NCBI GenBank assembly: GCA_965249725.1
Contig: OZ252251.1
Span: 64,001 to 128,000 of the forward strand
Direction of reading: 5' to 3'
DNA from: Longimicrobiales bacterium
GTDB taxonomy: Bacteria > Gemmatimonadota > Gemmatimonadetes > Longimicrobiales > Gaopeijiaceae
Length of the DNA: 64,000 nucleotides
The notes under the pieces are model-generated. The model saw only the letters and a list, made by a program, of their open reading frames with translations, did not search any database and had not been told where the DNA came from. The position numbers were made by a program, and so were the translations under genes. This document shows, one piece after another, positions 1 to 10,386 of this stretch; position 1 is the stretch's first letter; each line of letters begins with the position of its first letter.

Positions 1-661
1 CGCGGCCACCCAGGTGACGTTCGGATTCCACACGGCCGTGGCCACGGCGACCGATGCCATCGGTAAGCTCCACTCCACCGCCGAAGCCCATGGCCGAGTC
101 ATGGTGGTGGAGCTCATGGGACGGAACGCCGGTTGGATCACTCTGTTCGCCGGCGTCGCGGGTACGGCCGATGTGATCCTCATTCCTGAGATCCCCTACA
201 GTTTCGAGACGTTGTGCGCCAAGATCGAGGATCGGTACCGGGACCGGCACGGGTTCGCCATCGTCGTCGCCGCCGAGGGGGCGGCAGAAGCGGGGGGTAC
301 TCAGACCTTCCAGGAGCCCGGCCGTACCGGCGGCTCGCCACGCCTCGGTGGCATCGCCGAGCGGCTCGCCGCTCAGATCGAGGAGCGCACGGGCCACGAG
401 AGTCGATCGCTCGTTCTCGGTCACCTCCAGCGGGGTGGAGAACCCAGCGCCTACGACCGCCTCCTGGCGCTCCGCTTCGGATCGGCGGCCGTGGAACTCG
501 TCCGGGACCAGTGCTTCGGCTGCATGGTGGCCCTCGATCCGCCCAACGTCTTGGCTGTCCCCCTGAGCGAGGCCATCACGCAGGTGAAGCTGGTGCCCAC
601 CGACGGCGACGTCGTTCGAACCGCACGCAACTTGGGGATCTCCTTCGGCGACGAGAGCTAG
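1..661 (+). CDS. pfkA: 6-phosphofructokinase, C-terminal part (5' end outside window)
   Basis: TFGFHTAV, VVELMGRNAGW, LIPE and LGHLQRGG motifs of the PfkA family. Confidence 0.9.
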   Translation, partial: AATQVTFGFHTAVATATDAIGKLHSTAEAHGRVMVVELMGRNAGWITLFAGVAGTADVILIPEIPYSFETLCAKIEDRYRDRHGFAIVVAAEGAAEAGGTQTFQEPGRTGGSPRLGGIAERLAAQIEERTGHESRSLVLGHLQRGGEPSAYDRLLALRFGSAAVELVRDQCFGCMVALDPPNVLAVPLSEAITQVKLVPTDGDVVRTARNLGISFGDES

Positions 662-679
662 CCACCGGCCGGGAGAAGA

Positions 680-2365
680 CTAACCGGCGGCGGGGCTCGA
701 CCTCGTCAAACTCATGACCGTCCCGATGGCGAGCACCGTGAGCGCGCCCACGACGTTGTAGTAGAGCCACGAAATATCCGTGGTGATCGATACGACGAAC
801 ACGGCCAACATGCCTCCGAGCAATCCCCAGAAGGCGCCGTTGCCGTCGGCCCGCTTCACCATGAAGGCGAGCAGGAAGACTCCCAGAAGCGATCCGTAAA
901 AGAACGAACCCACCTGGTTCACAGCCTCGAGCAGCGATCCCAACCGGCCGGCGTAGAGAGCGACGCCGCACGCGAACAACCCCCAGAACAGCGTGGTGGC
1001 GCGGGAGACCATCAGGTAATGCTCCTCCGACGCACCCACGCGGAAGTGTCGCCTGTAGAAGTCGATCACCGTGGCACTGGACAATGCCGTGAGCTCGGAG
1101 TCGAGAGACGACATCGCCGCGGCGAAGATGACCGCGATCATGAGCCCAAGGATGCCCGCCGGCACATATTGGATGAGGTAGGACGGGAAGACGTAGTTCA
1201 CGTCGTTCGAGGAGGCCCCTCGGACCTCGGATACGATCGACTTGGCTTCTCTACGCAGCCCCGCGAGCTGTCCGTCGTACTCTCCGATGCTCTCCTGGAT
1301 GCCGAGCAGGTCTTGGCCCTCGCGCCGGGCCTCGAGCAGGCCGAGCGTGGCCTCCCTGCGAAGGGAATGAACGACCCCGTGCTCCTCCTCCAGCCGCCTG
1401 AACTCATCACCGCTCTGACTCTCGTGCGCCATGGTCACCTCGGCCGAATTGAAGAGCAGAGGTGGGCGCTCGAAATGATAGAAGACGAAGAGCAGGACGC
1501 CGATCGCCAAGATCGCGAACTGCATCGGCACCTTTAGAAACGCGTTGAAGATGAGCGACAAACGGCTGGACTTGAGCGAGTCGGCCGTCAGATACCGCTG
1601 AACCTGGCTCTGGTCGCACCCGAAGTACGCGAGGGCAAGGAAGAACCCGCCGATCATGCCCGACCAGATCGTATAGGTGTTCGTGGGATCCCAGGACCAA
1701 TCGATGCTCGACCACATGTCCTGAATGCCACCTATGTAGACGACATCGGCCACGCCGACCTCTGCCGGGAGGGTTCCGAACAGAATCACCAGTGCCGCCC
1801 CGATCCCCACGAACATCATCAGCATCTGAATCACGTCGGTCCAGATAACGGCGGTGATTCCGCCCACCATGGTATAGGCGATGGTGACCGCCCCCATGAT
1901 GAGAATCGTGATCTTCTCGTCCCACCCCATGATGACCGACAGGACGATGGCGGGAGCATATAGCACGATGCCGGCTGCCAGTCCTCGCGAAACGAGGAAG
2001 AGGAAGCTGCTCAGCGAGCGGGTCTTAGCGTCGAATCGCCTCTCGAGGTACTCATAGGCGGTAAAGACCTTGGAACGGTAGAAGAATGGCACGAAGATCA
2101 GGCACAAGAGCACCATGACGAACGGCTGCGGCAGATACACCTGAATGAACTCCATGCCGTCATCGAAGGCCTGACCGGTGGTTCCGATGAAGGTGATGGC
2201 ACTGGCCTGAGTCGCCATGACCGAGAGGCCGACGGCCGCCCATGGGAGACTCCGGTTCGCAAGGAAGAACCCCTCTACGCCAACGTTCTTGCGGCTCTGA
2301 TAGAGTGCGAATCCCACGACGGCGCCGAAGTAGACGACGAAGACTGCCCAATCCAGGCCGGTCAC
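680..2365 (-). CDS. Sodium:solute symporter (SSS family)
   Basis: Many TM segments; SAITFIG, YEYLERRFD, GGITAVIWTD, DQSQVQRYL, AAAMSSLDS. Confidence 0.92.
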   Translation of the reverse strand: MTGLDWAVFVVYFGAVVGFALYQSRKNVGVEGFFLANRSLPWAAVGLSVMATQASAITFIGTTGQAFDDGMEFIQVYLPQPFVMVLLCLIFVPFFYRSKVFTAYEYLERRFDAKTRSLSSFLFLVSRGLAAGIVLYAPAIVLSVIMGWDEKITILIMGAVTIAYTMVGGITAVIWTDVIQMLMMFVGIGAALVILFGTLPAEVGVADVVYIGGIQDMWSSIDWSWDPTNTYTIWSGMIGGFFLALAYFGCDQSQVQRYLTADSLKSSRLSLIFNAFLKVPMQFAILAIGVLLFVFYHFERPPLLFNSAEVTMAHESQSGDEFRRLEEEHGVVHSLRREATLGLLEARREGQDLLGIQESIGEYDGQLAGLRREAKSIVSEVRGASSNDVNYVFPSYLIQYVPAGILGLMIAVIFAAAMSSLDSELTALSSATVIDFYRRHFRVGASEEHYLMVSRATTLFWGLFACGVALYAGRLGSLLEAVNQVGSFFYGSLLGVFLLAFMVKRADGNGAFWGLLGGMLAVFVVSITTDISWLYYNVVGALTVLAIGTVMSLTRSSPAAG

Positions 2366-2541
2366 GGAGTGCCGAAGTCGAAGGTGACCGTGAAGATGTG
2401 CAACAAGACGATCAATGCGGTGGAGTAGATCAGGACGGCGCCGTACAACCAGCCCCAGCTCGGGAATATGCCGATCGGTCCGCCCTCGTCGTCGTCTCCA
2501 CTCTCGGCGCTATGCCCCAGGTATTCGTCAACGTTTGCCAT
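2362..2541 (-). CDS. Small single-TM protein coupled to the SSS transporter (start refined to ATG at 2541)
   Basis: Acidic N-terminus plus FPSWGWLYGAVL TM helix; 4-nt overlap with the symporter start, 2 nt after the PIG-L stop. Confidence 0.7.
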   Translation of the reverse strand: MANVDEYLGHSAESGDDDEGGPIGIFPSWGWLYGAVLIYSTALIVLLHIFTVTFDFGTP

Positions 2542-2543
2542 GG

Positions 2544-5237
2544 CTACCGCGATCCTCCAGTCGCTGTCCACTCGTCCGCATCGAGCGAGACCAGATTGGC
2601 GAAGAGCCGGTAGGCGCCCGGCACTCCAGCGGGAAACTGCCTGAAGAAGGAGAGGGCTACATAGGCATAGAGCCCCTCTCCCAGTCGAGCGACCAGCAGC
2701 GACCCGTGCGTGGGTTCCTCACCGGGGTCGCGGAGCTCCAGTAGGGGAGTAAAGCGCTCATCCCACTCACTCAGAAAGTAGAGGCCGCGTTCCTGAACCC
2801 ACCCTGAGAAGTCCGCTTCCGTGATGCGGTTCGGCGAATTGAATACCGGCGACCCGGGATCGAGCATCGCGAAAGGCGAGTTCTCGTCGGTCACACGAGG
2901 AGCAGACCGATTCCCCATACTCACGGGATAAGGAGCGAAGCCACCCCGGGGATACTCGAACTTGTTGTACTGCACGATCACAGTGCCCCCGGCACGGGCG
3001 AACTCCAGGATCTGGTCGTTGGCCCCTGAGACGTCTGGGCGAGTCTCGTATACCCGTATTCCGAGCACCAGCACATCGTAGGCGGAGAAGTCGCCCCCAC
3101 GAACGCGTTCGATGGTCACCTCCTCCGCGTCGACGCCCATCTGCTGCAGCGCTTCCAGGCCGTCGTCGCCCGAACCCATGACGTATCCGACCTTGATGCC
3201 CGCCGCCACGGTGACCGGTAGGATCGAGGCCCGCATCTCGGCGGGTTCCATGTAAAGCGTCCGCTCGATGTGTGGATAGTCTATGATGTCGACGCGCTCG
3301 TCGAAGCGCGTTCCGTCGTCGCGGATCGCCACCGCGCGGAATACGTGGGCACCCGCATCCACATCGCGACCGGGCTCCACAGTGAACGTGAACCCTCGGC
3401 TCGAGCCTTCCACGTCCATGGTGAAAGGGATGCTCGCCGGCATGACGCTCCACCCCTCAGGCGCCTGGAGCACAACGCTGCCCGACGTTCCGGAGCGCGA
3501 GTCGTTGCGGACGAGCACCGTCACCTCCCGCGCTTCGCTCGATCCCTGTGGCCACGCCATGCCCCTCGGCTCCATGCCCACCGACAGGGCCGGTGTCGCC
3601 AGAACCGGAGCGCGGTACTCACCCGTGGCCTTGTCCACACCCACGTATCGAGCGCGACTCCCCCAGACCAGGTGCACGGGTGCATCGATCCCCGGTATGT
3701 GAAGACTGAACTCGCCCGCGGCGCTGAGGAGCGCCCTCCAGTTCCGTGGAAGGCTCTCCGATCCGTTGGTGTCCGACCACTGGTACATATCCCCCTGCCG
3801 GGGCGCCTCGAGGTAGTACAGGCGCGACGCGGGCAGATCCTGATCCAGGTGCACACGGTAGCTCCAACTCGCCATCTCCCCCGATTCCAGCTCCTGGGGC
3901 GCGAGAGTCTGCCCGTCGAGATCGGCGAATTCTGCCGATCCTCCAGCCCACTCACCCGGCCCCGCGGCCTGGATCACGGCTCCGTCGACGCGGAACGGCC
4001 CGCCATTCCAGACGCGCACCTCCAAATCGAGGTCCTGACCGGCCGTCACGAGATCGTCATTCGCCCTCACATCGACGACGATGGAGGCGGCCTTCATGAG
4101 TGCCCAGCGGACCTGGGCCGCACGCATGGCAATAGGCTCGCCAAGCTCCGACCCGACCTCCTCCATGTCGCGCATGAGCCCGAACGTGGCCTCCAGGTGG
4201 CGGTAGGCCAGAGCCAACGGAGCTGCCGCGCGCTCGGGCCTGAGGGCGTCCAGGGACTCGGCAGCATCCTGTATCGCAGTCCGGTAGGCCCTGAGATGCT
4301 CCCGCATGGGAGCGGCCGAGCCTTCGGGCAAGCCGTTCGTAAGCCCGGCTAGCGTCGTGTCGACGCCGGCGAAGATGCCATCGTCACCCGCAGGTTCCTG
4401 TACATGACTCACCACTAGGCGCAACCCGGCGTCACGTGGGCCCAGGGGCTGAGGGGCCCCCATGTCTTGCGACCGGTGCTGGCTCCTGCTCTCCATCGAC
4501 AACTGGAGGTAGGATCGCCCGAGGAGCGGGTCGAAGGTGCCGGTGGGCACGGTCACAGGGGGCGGATCAGGACTGCGCCGAACGGAGTGGTACAGCTTCT
4601 GGGTCCGCCACGCCTGGCCGGCTCCCCCCGGAAGGTCCGTGAATCGCGACGGATCGTTGGCCGCCTCGAAAGCCTCGCCAACGAGAATGCCGCTGGCCTG
4701 ATGCTGCCCGTGCCCGTCGCGCGGAGTGCCGCTCCAGACCGAGACGATCACCTGGGGCCGGAACGTACGGATCACCCAGACGATGTCGCGCAACACCTCG
4801 TCCCGGGGCCAGTGGGCGAAGGCCTCGTCCGCACTCTTGGAGAATCCGTAATCATACGCCCGCGTGAAGAACTGCCTCCCGCCATCCAACTCGCGGGCCG
4901 CCTCGAGCTCTCCCGTCCGGATGATGCCCAGGCCCTCACCCAGCTCGGGGCCGATCAGGTTCTGTCCGCCGTCACCACGGGTCAAAGACAGGTAGGCCGT
5001 CTCGACCCCCATGCCCCGTGCGAGGGCCGTGAGAAGCCCCGTATCCTCGTCGTCGGGGTGAGCTCCGATCATGAGCACTCGCTTGACGCCGTCGAGCCTC
5101 CGAAGCGTGAGCGCCGCCTCCACGACCCCACTCCCCTCCGGCCCGATCTGAGCCGCCAAAGGCGCGGCCCCGAGCATCAACGCAACCAACGCGACGGTCA
5201 GCACGACCCCAAAACTCCCCTTCTCTGTTGTCGTCAT
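2544..5237 (-). CDS. Secreted PIG-L/LmbE family deacetylase with NEW3-like and C-terminal domains
   Basis: Signal peptide (..APLAA|Q); GAHPDDED, SLTRGDGGQN, IRTGEL, GHGQHQ motifs. Confidence 0.9.
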   Translation of the reverse strand: MTTTEKGSFGVVLTVALVALMLGAAPLAAQIGPEGSGVVEAALTLRRLDGVKRVLMIGAHPDDEDTGLLTALARGMGVETAYLSLTRGDGGQNLIGPELGEGLGIIRTGELEAARELDGGRQFFTRAYDYGFSKSADEAFAHWPRDEVLRDIVWVIRTFRPQVIVSVWSGTPRDGHGQHQASGILVGEAFEAANDPSRFTDLPGGAGQAWRTQKLYHSVRRSPDPPPVTVPTGTFDPLLGRSYLQLSMESRSQHRSQDMGAPQPLGPRDAGLRLVVSHVQEPAGDDGIFAGVDTTLAGLTNGLPEGSAAPMREHLRAYRTAIQDAAESLDALRPERAAAPLALAYRHLEATFGLMRDMEEVGSELGEPIAMRAAQVRWALMKAASIVVDVRANDDLVTAGQDLDLEVRVWNGGPFRVDGAVIQAAGPGEWAGGSAEFADLDGQTLAPQELESGEMASWSYRVHLDQDLPASRLYYLEAPRQGDMYQWSDTNGSESLPRNWRALLSAAGEFSLHIPGIDAPVHLVWGSRARYVGVDKATGEYRAPVLATPALSVGMEPRGMAWPQGSSEAREVTVLVRNDSRSGTSGSVVLQAPEGWSVMPASIPFTMDVEGSSRGFTFTVEPGRDVDAGAHVFRAVAIRDDGTRFDERVDIIDYPHIERTLYMEPAEMRASILPVTVAAGIKVGYVMGSGDDGLEALQQMGVDAEEVTIERVRGGDFSAYDVLVLGIRVYETRPDVSGANDQILEFARAGGTVIVQYNKFEYPRGGFAPYPVSMGNRSAPRVTDENSPFAMLDPGSPVFNSPNRITEADFSGWVQERGLYFLSEWDERFTPLLELRDPGEEPTHGSLLVARLGEGLYAYVALSFFRQFPAGVPGAYRLFANLVSLDADEWTATGGSR

Positions 5238-5415
5238 GGGTACGAACCTACCTCCCGCCCGGGATACACGAAAACCACTTCAGTGACTACCTACTCGCGC
5301 CGGGGCATCGAAGTGCCGTGCCGCCCTCGGCCATCCGGGCTGCTTGTCCGAAGTTCGCAGTCGCGGATATGTTGGGCCGGACTCGAAAAGACCTACCTAC
5401 CCCGGAGGGTAATCC

Positions 5416-6831
5416 ATGAATCAGCCCCGCGACCAGTGGAGCTCCAACCTGGGCCTCATCCTGGCGGCTACCGGCAGCGCTATCGGTCTAGGCAACCTCT
5501 GGAAATTCCCGTTCATCACTTGGGAAAACCGCGGTGGGGCCTTCGTGCTCGTCTACCTGCTCTGCATCGCTGCGGTGGGTCTGCCGATCATGATGGCCGA
5601 GCTACTGATCGGCCGTAAGACGCAGAAGAGCGTGGTCGGCGCGCTGAAGGATGCGATCGGCCCGGCATGGGGACTCCTGGGACTCTGGGGGGTGCTGTGC
5701 GGATTCGTGCTGCTCAGCTACTACACGGTGATCGCGGGCTGGTCGCTCTTTTACTTCTCGAAAACGGCCTCGTGGATGGTCAGCGGATTCCCGACAGGCG
5801 AGTCCATGGGAGATCTCTTCGGCGCACAGGCCGGGAATGGACCACTGCAGCTCGGGCTTTCCATAGCCTTCAGCATCGCGACGGTGTCCATCGTGTACTT
5901 CGGCGTGCAGAAGGGGATCGAGCGTATCGCTCGGCTCTTCCTTCCTATCCTCTTCGGGATTCTGACCCTGTTGTTGGTCTCGGCCCTAGGAATGGACGGT
6001 TCGGGTGAGGCGCTCGCGTTCATCTTCCGACCCAACTTCAGTGAGCTCGAGCCGAGTGGAGTGCTCGAGGCTCTCGGACACTCGTTCTTCACGCTCTCGC
6101 TGGGCATGGGGGCGATGGTCACGTACGGGTCGTACATCGGACGGGAACAGTCCATCGTGAAGGCGTCGGCCGTGATCGTCGCACTCGACACGGTCATCGC
6201 CCTGGTCGCCACGATCATCATGTTCTCGGTGATCTTCAGCGTCCCGGGGATGGATCAAGAGGTTAGCGGCACGGGCACGGTGGGCATGCTCTTCATCTCG
6301 CTGCCCGAGCTCTTCTTCACCGAGGTTCCGTTCGGGGCGGTGCTGGGCCCGCTCTTCTACGTGCTCGTGGCCCTGGCCGCGCTGACCTCGACGATGTCGC
6401 TACTCGAGGTCGTGGCCGCCTACGTGATCGACGAGCACGGAATCGGACGACAGAAGGCGACGCTCCTGTGCGGCGGAACGGTCTTCCTTTTCACGATCCT
6501 TGCCGCCGTCTCCTTCGGGGCTGTGCCGGCCGTCACGAACCTCCAGCTCGGCGGAGCCGTGGGCGACCTGCTCTTCGGGGGGAAGGCAAGTTGGTTCGGC
6601 ATGGCCGACCACTTCGTGTCGAACTGGATGCTGCCCACTGGCGGTCTGGGCATAACCCTGGCCGCGGGCTGGTTCATGACCCGTCAGACCTCAGAGTCCG
6701 AGCTCTTGGACGGGACAGAGCCGGGGTGGTTCAACTACGGGGCGTGGCGGTTCTTCATCCGCTTCGTCGCCCCCGCCGCAGTGGCGGCGATCATCGTCGC
6801 CGTCCTTTTCTTCGGCGTCGACTTCTCGTAG
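5416..6831 (+). CDS. Sodium-dependent transporter (NSS/SNF family)
   Basis: GSAIGLGNLWKFP, GGAFVLVYL, FFTLSLGMG motifs; GGAGG SD upstream. Confidence 0.93.
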   Translation: MNQPRDQWSSNLGLILAATGSAIGLGNLWKFPFITWENRGGAFVLVYLLCIAAVGLPIMMAELLIGRKTQKSVVGALKDAIGPAWGLLGLWGVLCGFVLLSYYTVIAGWSLFYFSKTASWMVSGFPTGESMGDLFGAQAGNGPLQLGLSIAFSIATVSIVYFGVQKGIERIARLFLPILFGILTLLLVSALGMDGSGEALAFIFRPNFSELEPSGVLEALGHSFFTLSLGMGAMVTYGSYIGREQSIVKASAVIVALDTVIALVATIIMFSVIFSVPGMDQEVSGTGTVGMLFISLPELFFTEVPFGAVLGPLFYVLVALAALTSTMSLLEVVAAYVIDEHGIGRQKATLLCGGTVFLFTILAAVSFGAVPAVTNLQLGGAVGDLLFGGKASWFGMADHFVSNWMLPTGGLGITLAAGWFMTRQTSESELLDGTEPGWFNYGAWRFFIRFVAPAAVAAIIVAVLFFGVDFS

Positions 6832-6840
6832 AACGAGAGC

Positions 6841-6868
6841 GGGGACGGCGGTTCGAGCCGCCGTCCCC
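6841..6868. terminator. GC-rich hairpin between convergent genes
   Basis: Perfect 11-bp stem GGGGACGGCGG/CCGCCGTCCCC with 6-nt loop, 9 nt after the stop codon. Confidence 0.65.
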
Positions 6869-6911
6869 CGATCGTCTTCATCCCGCCGCTTTCAGCCGCA
6901 GCTTCGTCAGC

Positions 6912-8054
6912 TCACCCGTTGTCTCTAGACGTTGTCTCTAGACGCTGTCTCTTGAGCCGCTGACGTCCCTCTTCGTCCTTTTGTGTGGTGTACACGGCTC
7001 CGTCGGCTCCAAACCCAGCGATGGACGCGTCGGGATCCAACGTGACCTGACCGACGGCTCGCCCCTCGGCATCGAAGATGTCGAACAAGCTCGGATCGCC
7101 GGCACGCGTGTGGCGGCCGACCCAGATGCGTCCCTCCGGATCGATACGTGTCGAGCCGGCTCGGAACGACGGCATGAGCTCGGGCCATTCGACTTCGTCG
7201 ATCGAGCCACCCCGACCGGCGGCACTACGGTGGAACTGCATGCTGGGCGCGCCTCCACCCATGGTCATCATCACGCTCGGACCCGGTGCGGGTGCGTCCA
7301 GCCAAGCCCGCTTCTCGGCGTCGCCGGGAGTGATCCGCCGGTGATCGACAGGAGGTCCCACGGACACGGATCCATCCGGATGTATGACCTCGACGTAGTA
7401 GCCGTCCGACCGCACCAAGGCGATGGTGCCGTCGCTTCCCACAGCCCAGTCGTCCTCGAGGCTCATGGGCACCTGTTCCATTCGGATCTGCCCCCCGCCC
7501 CCGGACCGCCTCACCTCCCGCGGCTTGTACTTGGCCATCGTCTCTACCTGGGTCGAACCAGACGTAACCCGGCCGACTCGTGAAGAGTCGCGAAAATTCT
7601 GCACGTTCCTCATAGAGAAGTAGATGCGCCCCTCGGAATCGACACCCCGTGGAAGAACTGGGGTGCCACCCCCCAGCACCATCGGGCTGTTCCGAGCGAA
7701 GCTCCCATCGGGGGCGACGATCGTAAGCCTGCTGTTGCCGAGATCGACGAGCAGAGTCGAATCGCCCGGGAAGGCGTGGACGGCATCGGGCTGCCGGTAC
7801 TGCCGAGCACTGCTACCCTCCGCACGCCACACTTCCATGGTGCCGGCGTCCATGTCGATCGCGCCGAGTACCTGTTTGACGGGGTCGGCGGCGAGCACAC
7901 GACCGTCCGCCAGCTCTCGCACACTCGAGAGGAGGTCGAACGCAACAGGGTACTCGACCTCCTCCACTATCCGGAGCTGGACGGCGGCGCTCAAGGGCTC
8001 CGCGGCTGTTACCGAGAGCAGGGCAAGAAGCAACAAAGTGTTTCGAGACATCAT
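6912..8054 (-). CDS. Secreted beta-propeller-like protein (start refined to MMSRNT)
   Basis: Signal peptide MSRNTLLLLALLSVTAAEPLSA; repeated blade-like motifs (DGRVLAAD, DSEGRIYF, DPEGRIWV). Confidence 0.7.
   Translation of the reverse strand: MMSRNTLLLLALLSVTAAEPLSAAVQLRIVEEVEYPVAFDLLSSVRELADGRVLAADPVKQVLGAIDMDAGTMEVWRAEGSSARQYRQPDAVHAFPGDSTLLVDLGNSRLTIVAPDGSFARNSPMVLGGGTPVLPRGVDSEGRIYFSMRNVQNFRDSSRVGRVTSGSTQVETMAKYKPREVRRSGGGGQIRMEQVPMSLEDDWAVGSDGTIALVRSDGYYVEVIHPDGSVSVGPPVDHRRITPGDAEKRAWLDAPAPGPSVMMTMGGGAPSMQFHRSAAGRGGSIDEVEWPELMPSFRAGSTRIDPEGRIWVGRHTRAGDPSLFDIFDAEGRAVGQVTLDPDASIAGFGADGAVYTTQKDEEGRQRLKRQRLETTSRDNG
6917..6955. repeat. 13-bp tandem repeat x3 (CGTTGTCTCTAGA) at a gene 3' end
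   Basis: Two identical copies plus one diverged copy (CGCTGTCTCTTGA). Confidence 0.85.
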
Positions 8055-8286
8055 TCCCCCGTGGAGTCTGGCTGATGCGATGGGTCGATCATGGGTGGAG
8101 TCGGCCGTGTTCGCTACGGCTGCCGGATCAGATGCGAGGACGACGGACCTGGGTTGCCTCGGTCTCAGGCAATCGACCCACACCCTCCCCGATCGACTTT
8201 CCCTCTGCCTGGACCTTCGCGATCTTTCGTCCTCGATGTTGCTCGGGCACGTAGGCCCGGGATCGCCCGCGACCCACGACACTTAC

Positions 8287-10380
8287 ATGATCTCAGACCT
8301 CCTCGACCGGCCGACCCCCAAGCGCTCCGAGACGCTTCGCTTCGAGGGACGCGTCCTGTACCTGGTCGACGATTCCGCGCTGATGGAAGCTCAGTTGGGC
8401 GAGGGACGCGATCTGACGCTCACGGCGGAGTTGAAGGGAAAGCTCCGTGACCAGATCAGCACCGACGAGATCACGCCGGCATATATCTGCCTCTTCTACG
8501 ACGAGACGCTGGGTGACTTCCCTTATCTGGGGCTGTCCGCCACCAACCCGGAGACCGGCACCACCGAGTCACCAGTAACACGGAACGCGGTGAAGAACGG
8601 TGGCTTCGTCTGCTCCGTCGCCGGAAAACGTCGAGGAAAGGGCAGTAGCCGAGAGGCGAGTCCCTATGCCGAGCTGAAGGCCGGGCTTCGGGTCGTGATC
8701 GCCGAGAGCCTGGCGCGCATCTACAACGAGAACTGCCAGAATCTGGGCATTCTCACTACGACCGACTTCGACATCATCCGCCGTATCGAAGAAGGAGAGG
8801 AGATTCCCCTCTCGATCTTCACCGAGGGCCAGGACGAGATCACCCGGCAGATCATCGAATACGGCGGGCTCTTCGAGTTCAACGTGGCCCGCCTCCAGGG
8901 TAAGGTCTCGCTACCGGCACCCCGATGCGAAGACGACGGTGGGACCTCGACTCCCATGACGCTGGCCGAGAAGATCTTCGCCAGACACTGGGTCGTCGAC
9001 GCCGCCGAGGGTGAGGTCGGTGTAGGCGAGGTCACGCCGGGAGAGGCCGGGTTCTTCCGAACCGATGTCCGCTTCTCCCACGAGTACGTCACACCTATGT
9101 CGGCCATCTTCTTCGAGGACAAGGTCGGCGAGAATGGTGAGGTCCTCGATCCGTCGAGCGTCCTCTTCTTCCGGGACCACCTCACGTTCCTCTCCAAGGT
9201 GATGAGCCAGGAACGCGTCGAGCAGGGCCTGCTAGACGTGGCGAACGAACTCGAGGTCAAGCAGAGAGAGTTCGCCGAGAAGCAGGGAATCCGTCTGTAC
9301 GGTGAGCAGATGGGCGACAAGCTCGGCTCCGAGGCGATCTGCCACTCGAAGATCCTCGAAGAGTATGCCGAGCCCGGCATGCTCATCATCGGATCCGACT
9401 CGCACACGCCCCATGCCGGAGCCATCGGCTGCGTGGCCTTCGGTGTGGGTACGACGGCGATCTTCAATTCGTGGATCACGAAGGACGTGCGGGCCCAGGT
9501 ACCCGTGTCGTTCAAGGTCGTCATCTCCGGCGAGCCCAAGGCCAATGTCACGGCCAAGGACTATATGCTCGAGATCCTGAGGAATCCCTACATCCGTGAC
9601 GGCCACGCTATCGGGCAGGTCATCGAGTACGCCGGCCCCGCCGTAGAGGCCCTGTCCGTAGACGAGCGTGCGACCATGACCAACATGGCCGCGGAGGTCG
9701 GGGCGTTCACGGGAATCGTGGCCGCTGACGAGAAGACCGTCGAGTTCCTCGTGCATGACAGGGGAGTGGAGCAGGCGACAGCCGAGGCCCTGATCCAGGG
9801 GATGCAGAGCGATCCGGATGCGTCGTACGTGAAGGTCATCGAAGTCGACGCGTCTGCGATCGAACCGATGGCGGCCCTCCCCGGCGACCCCGGAAACGGC
9901 GTGGTCATCGCTGAGCTGTCCTCGGAGCCGATCCGCATCGACATCGCCTACGCGGGCTCCTGCACGGCAGGCAAGAAGGAGGACATGGATATGTACGCCC
10001 GCGTCTTCCGCGAGGCGCAGGAGACCGCCGGACTCACCGTCCACCCCGATGTGGAGTGCTTTATCCAGTGTGGCTCGATCGAGGTCCGAGAGTATTGCCG
10101 AGAGAAGGGGTACTTGGAGCTGTTCGAGAGGGCCGGCGCTTCGTTCATCGAACCCGGGTGCGGCGCATGCATCAACGCCGGCCCCGGTGTGACGCGCTCA
10201 CAGGCCGAGGTGTCGGTGTCTTCGCAGAACAGAAACTTCCCGGGACGTTCCGGGCCCGGTCAGCTGTACCTGGTGTCTCCATACTCGGTCGCCGCCAGCG
10301 CCATCGCCGGCTTCGTGACCCAGTGGGAGCCGGGTAAGGCCATCCAGCCGATTACGCCCCGCAAGCTGGCGGTGGTGTAG
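8287..10380 (+). CDS. Aconitase-family dehydratase, swivel (LeuD-like) domain fused N-terminal to a LeuC-like domain
   Basis: N-terminal ISTDEITP, GKGSSRE, ARIYNENCQNLG; C-terminal GSDSHT, GSCT, PGCGACI, NRNFPGR; start refined to ATG at 8287. Confidence 0.88.
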   Translation: MISDLLDRPTPKRSETLRFEGRVLYLVDDSALMEAQLGEGRDLTLTAELKGKLRDQISTDEITPAYICLFYDETLGDFPYLGLSATNPETGTTESPVTRNAVKNGGFVCSVAGKRRGKGSSREASPYAELKAGLRVVIAESLARIYNENCQNLGILTTTDFDIIRRIEEGEEIPLSIFTEGQDEITRQIIEYGGLFEFNVARLQGKVSLPAPRCEDDGGTSTPMTLAEKIFARHWVVDAAEGEVGVGEVTPGEAGFFRTDVRFSHEYVTPMSAIFFEDKVGENGEVLDPSSVLFFRDHLTFLSKVMSQERVEQGLLDVANELEVKQREFAEKQGIRLYGEQMGDKLGSEAICHSKILEEYAEPGMLIIGSDSHTPHAGAIGCVAFGVGTTAIFNSWITKDVRAQVPVSFKVVISGEPKANVTAKDYMLEILRNPYIRDGHAIGQVIEYAGPAVEALSVDERATMTNMAAEVGAFTGIVAADEKTVEFLVHDRGVEQATAEALIQGMQSDPDASYVKVIEVDASAIEPMAALPGDPGNGVVIAELSSEPIRIDIAYAGSCTAGKKEDMDMYARVFREAQETAGLTVHPDVECFIQCGSIEVREYCREKGYLELFERAGASFIEPGCGACINAGPGVTRSQAEVSVSSQNRNFPGRSGPGQLYLVSPYSVAASAIAGFVTQWEPGKAIQPITPRKLAVV

Positions 10381-10386
10381 AGGCCT

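Noticed and set aside
7624..8286. 221-aa N-terminal extension of the 918-aa dehydratase ORF
   Set aside because: Overlaps the antisense propeller gene and is Ser/Arg-rich shadow sequence; family motifs begin only after the ATG at 8287.
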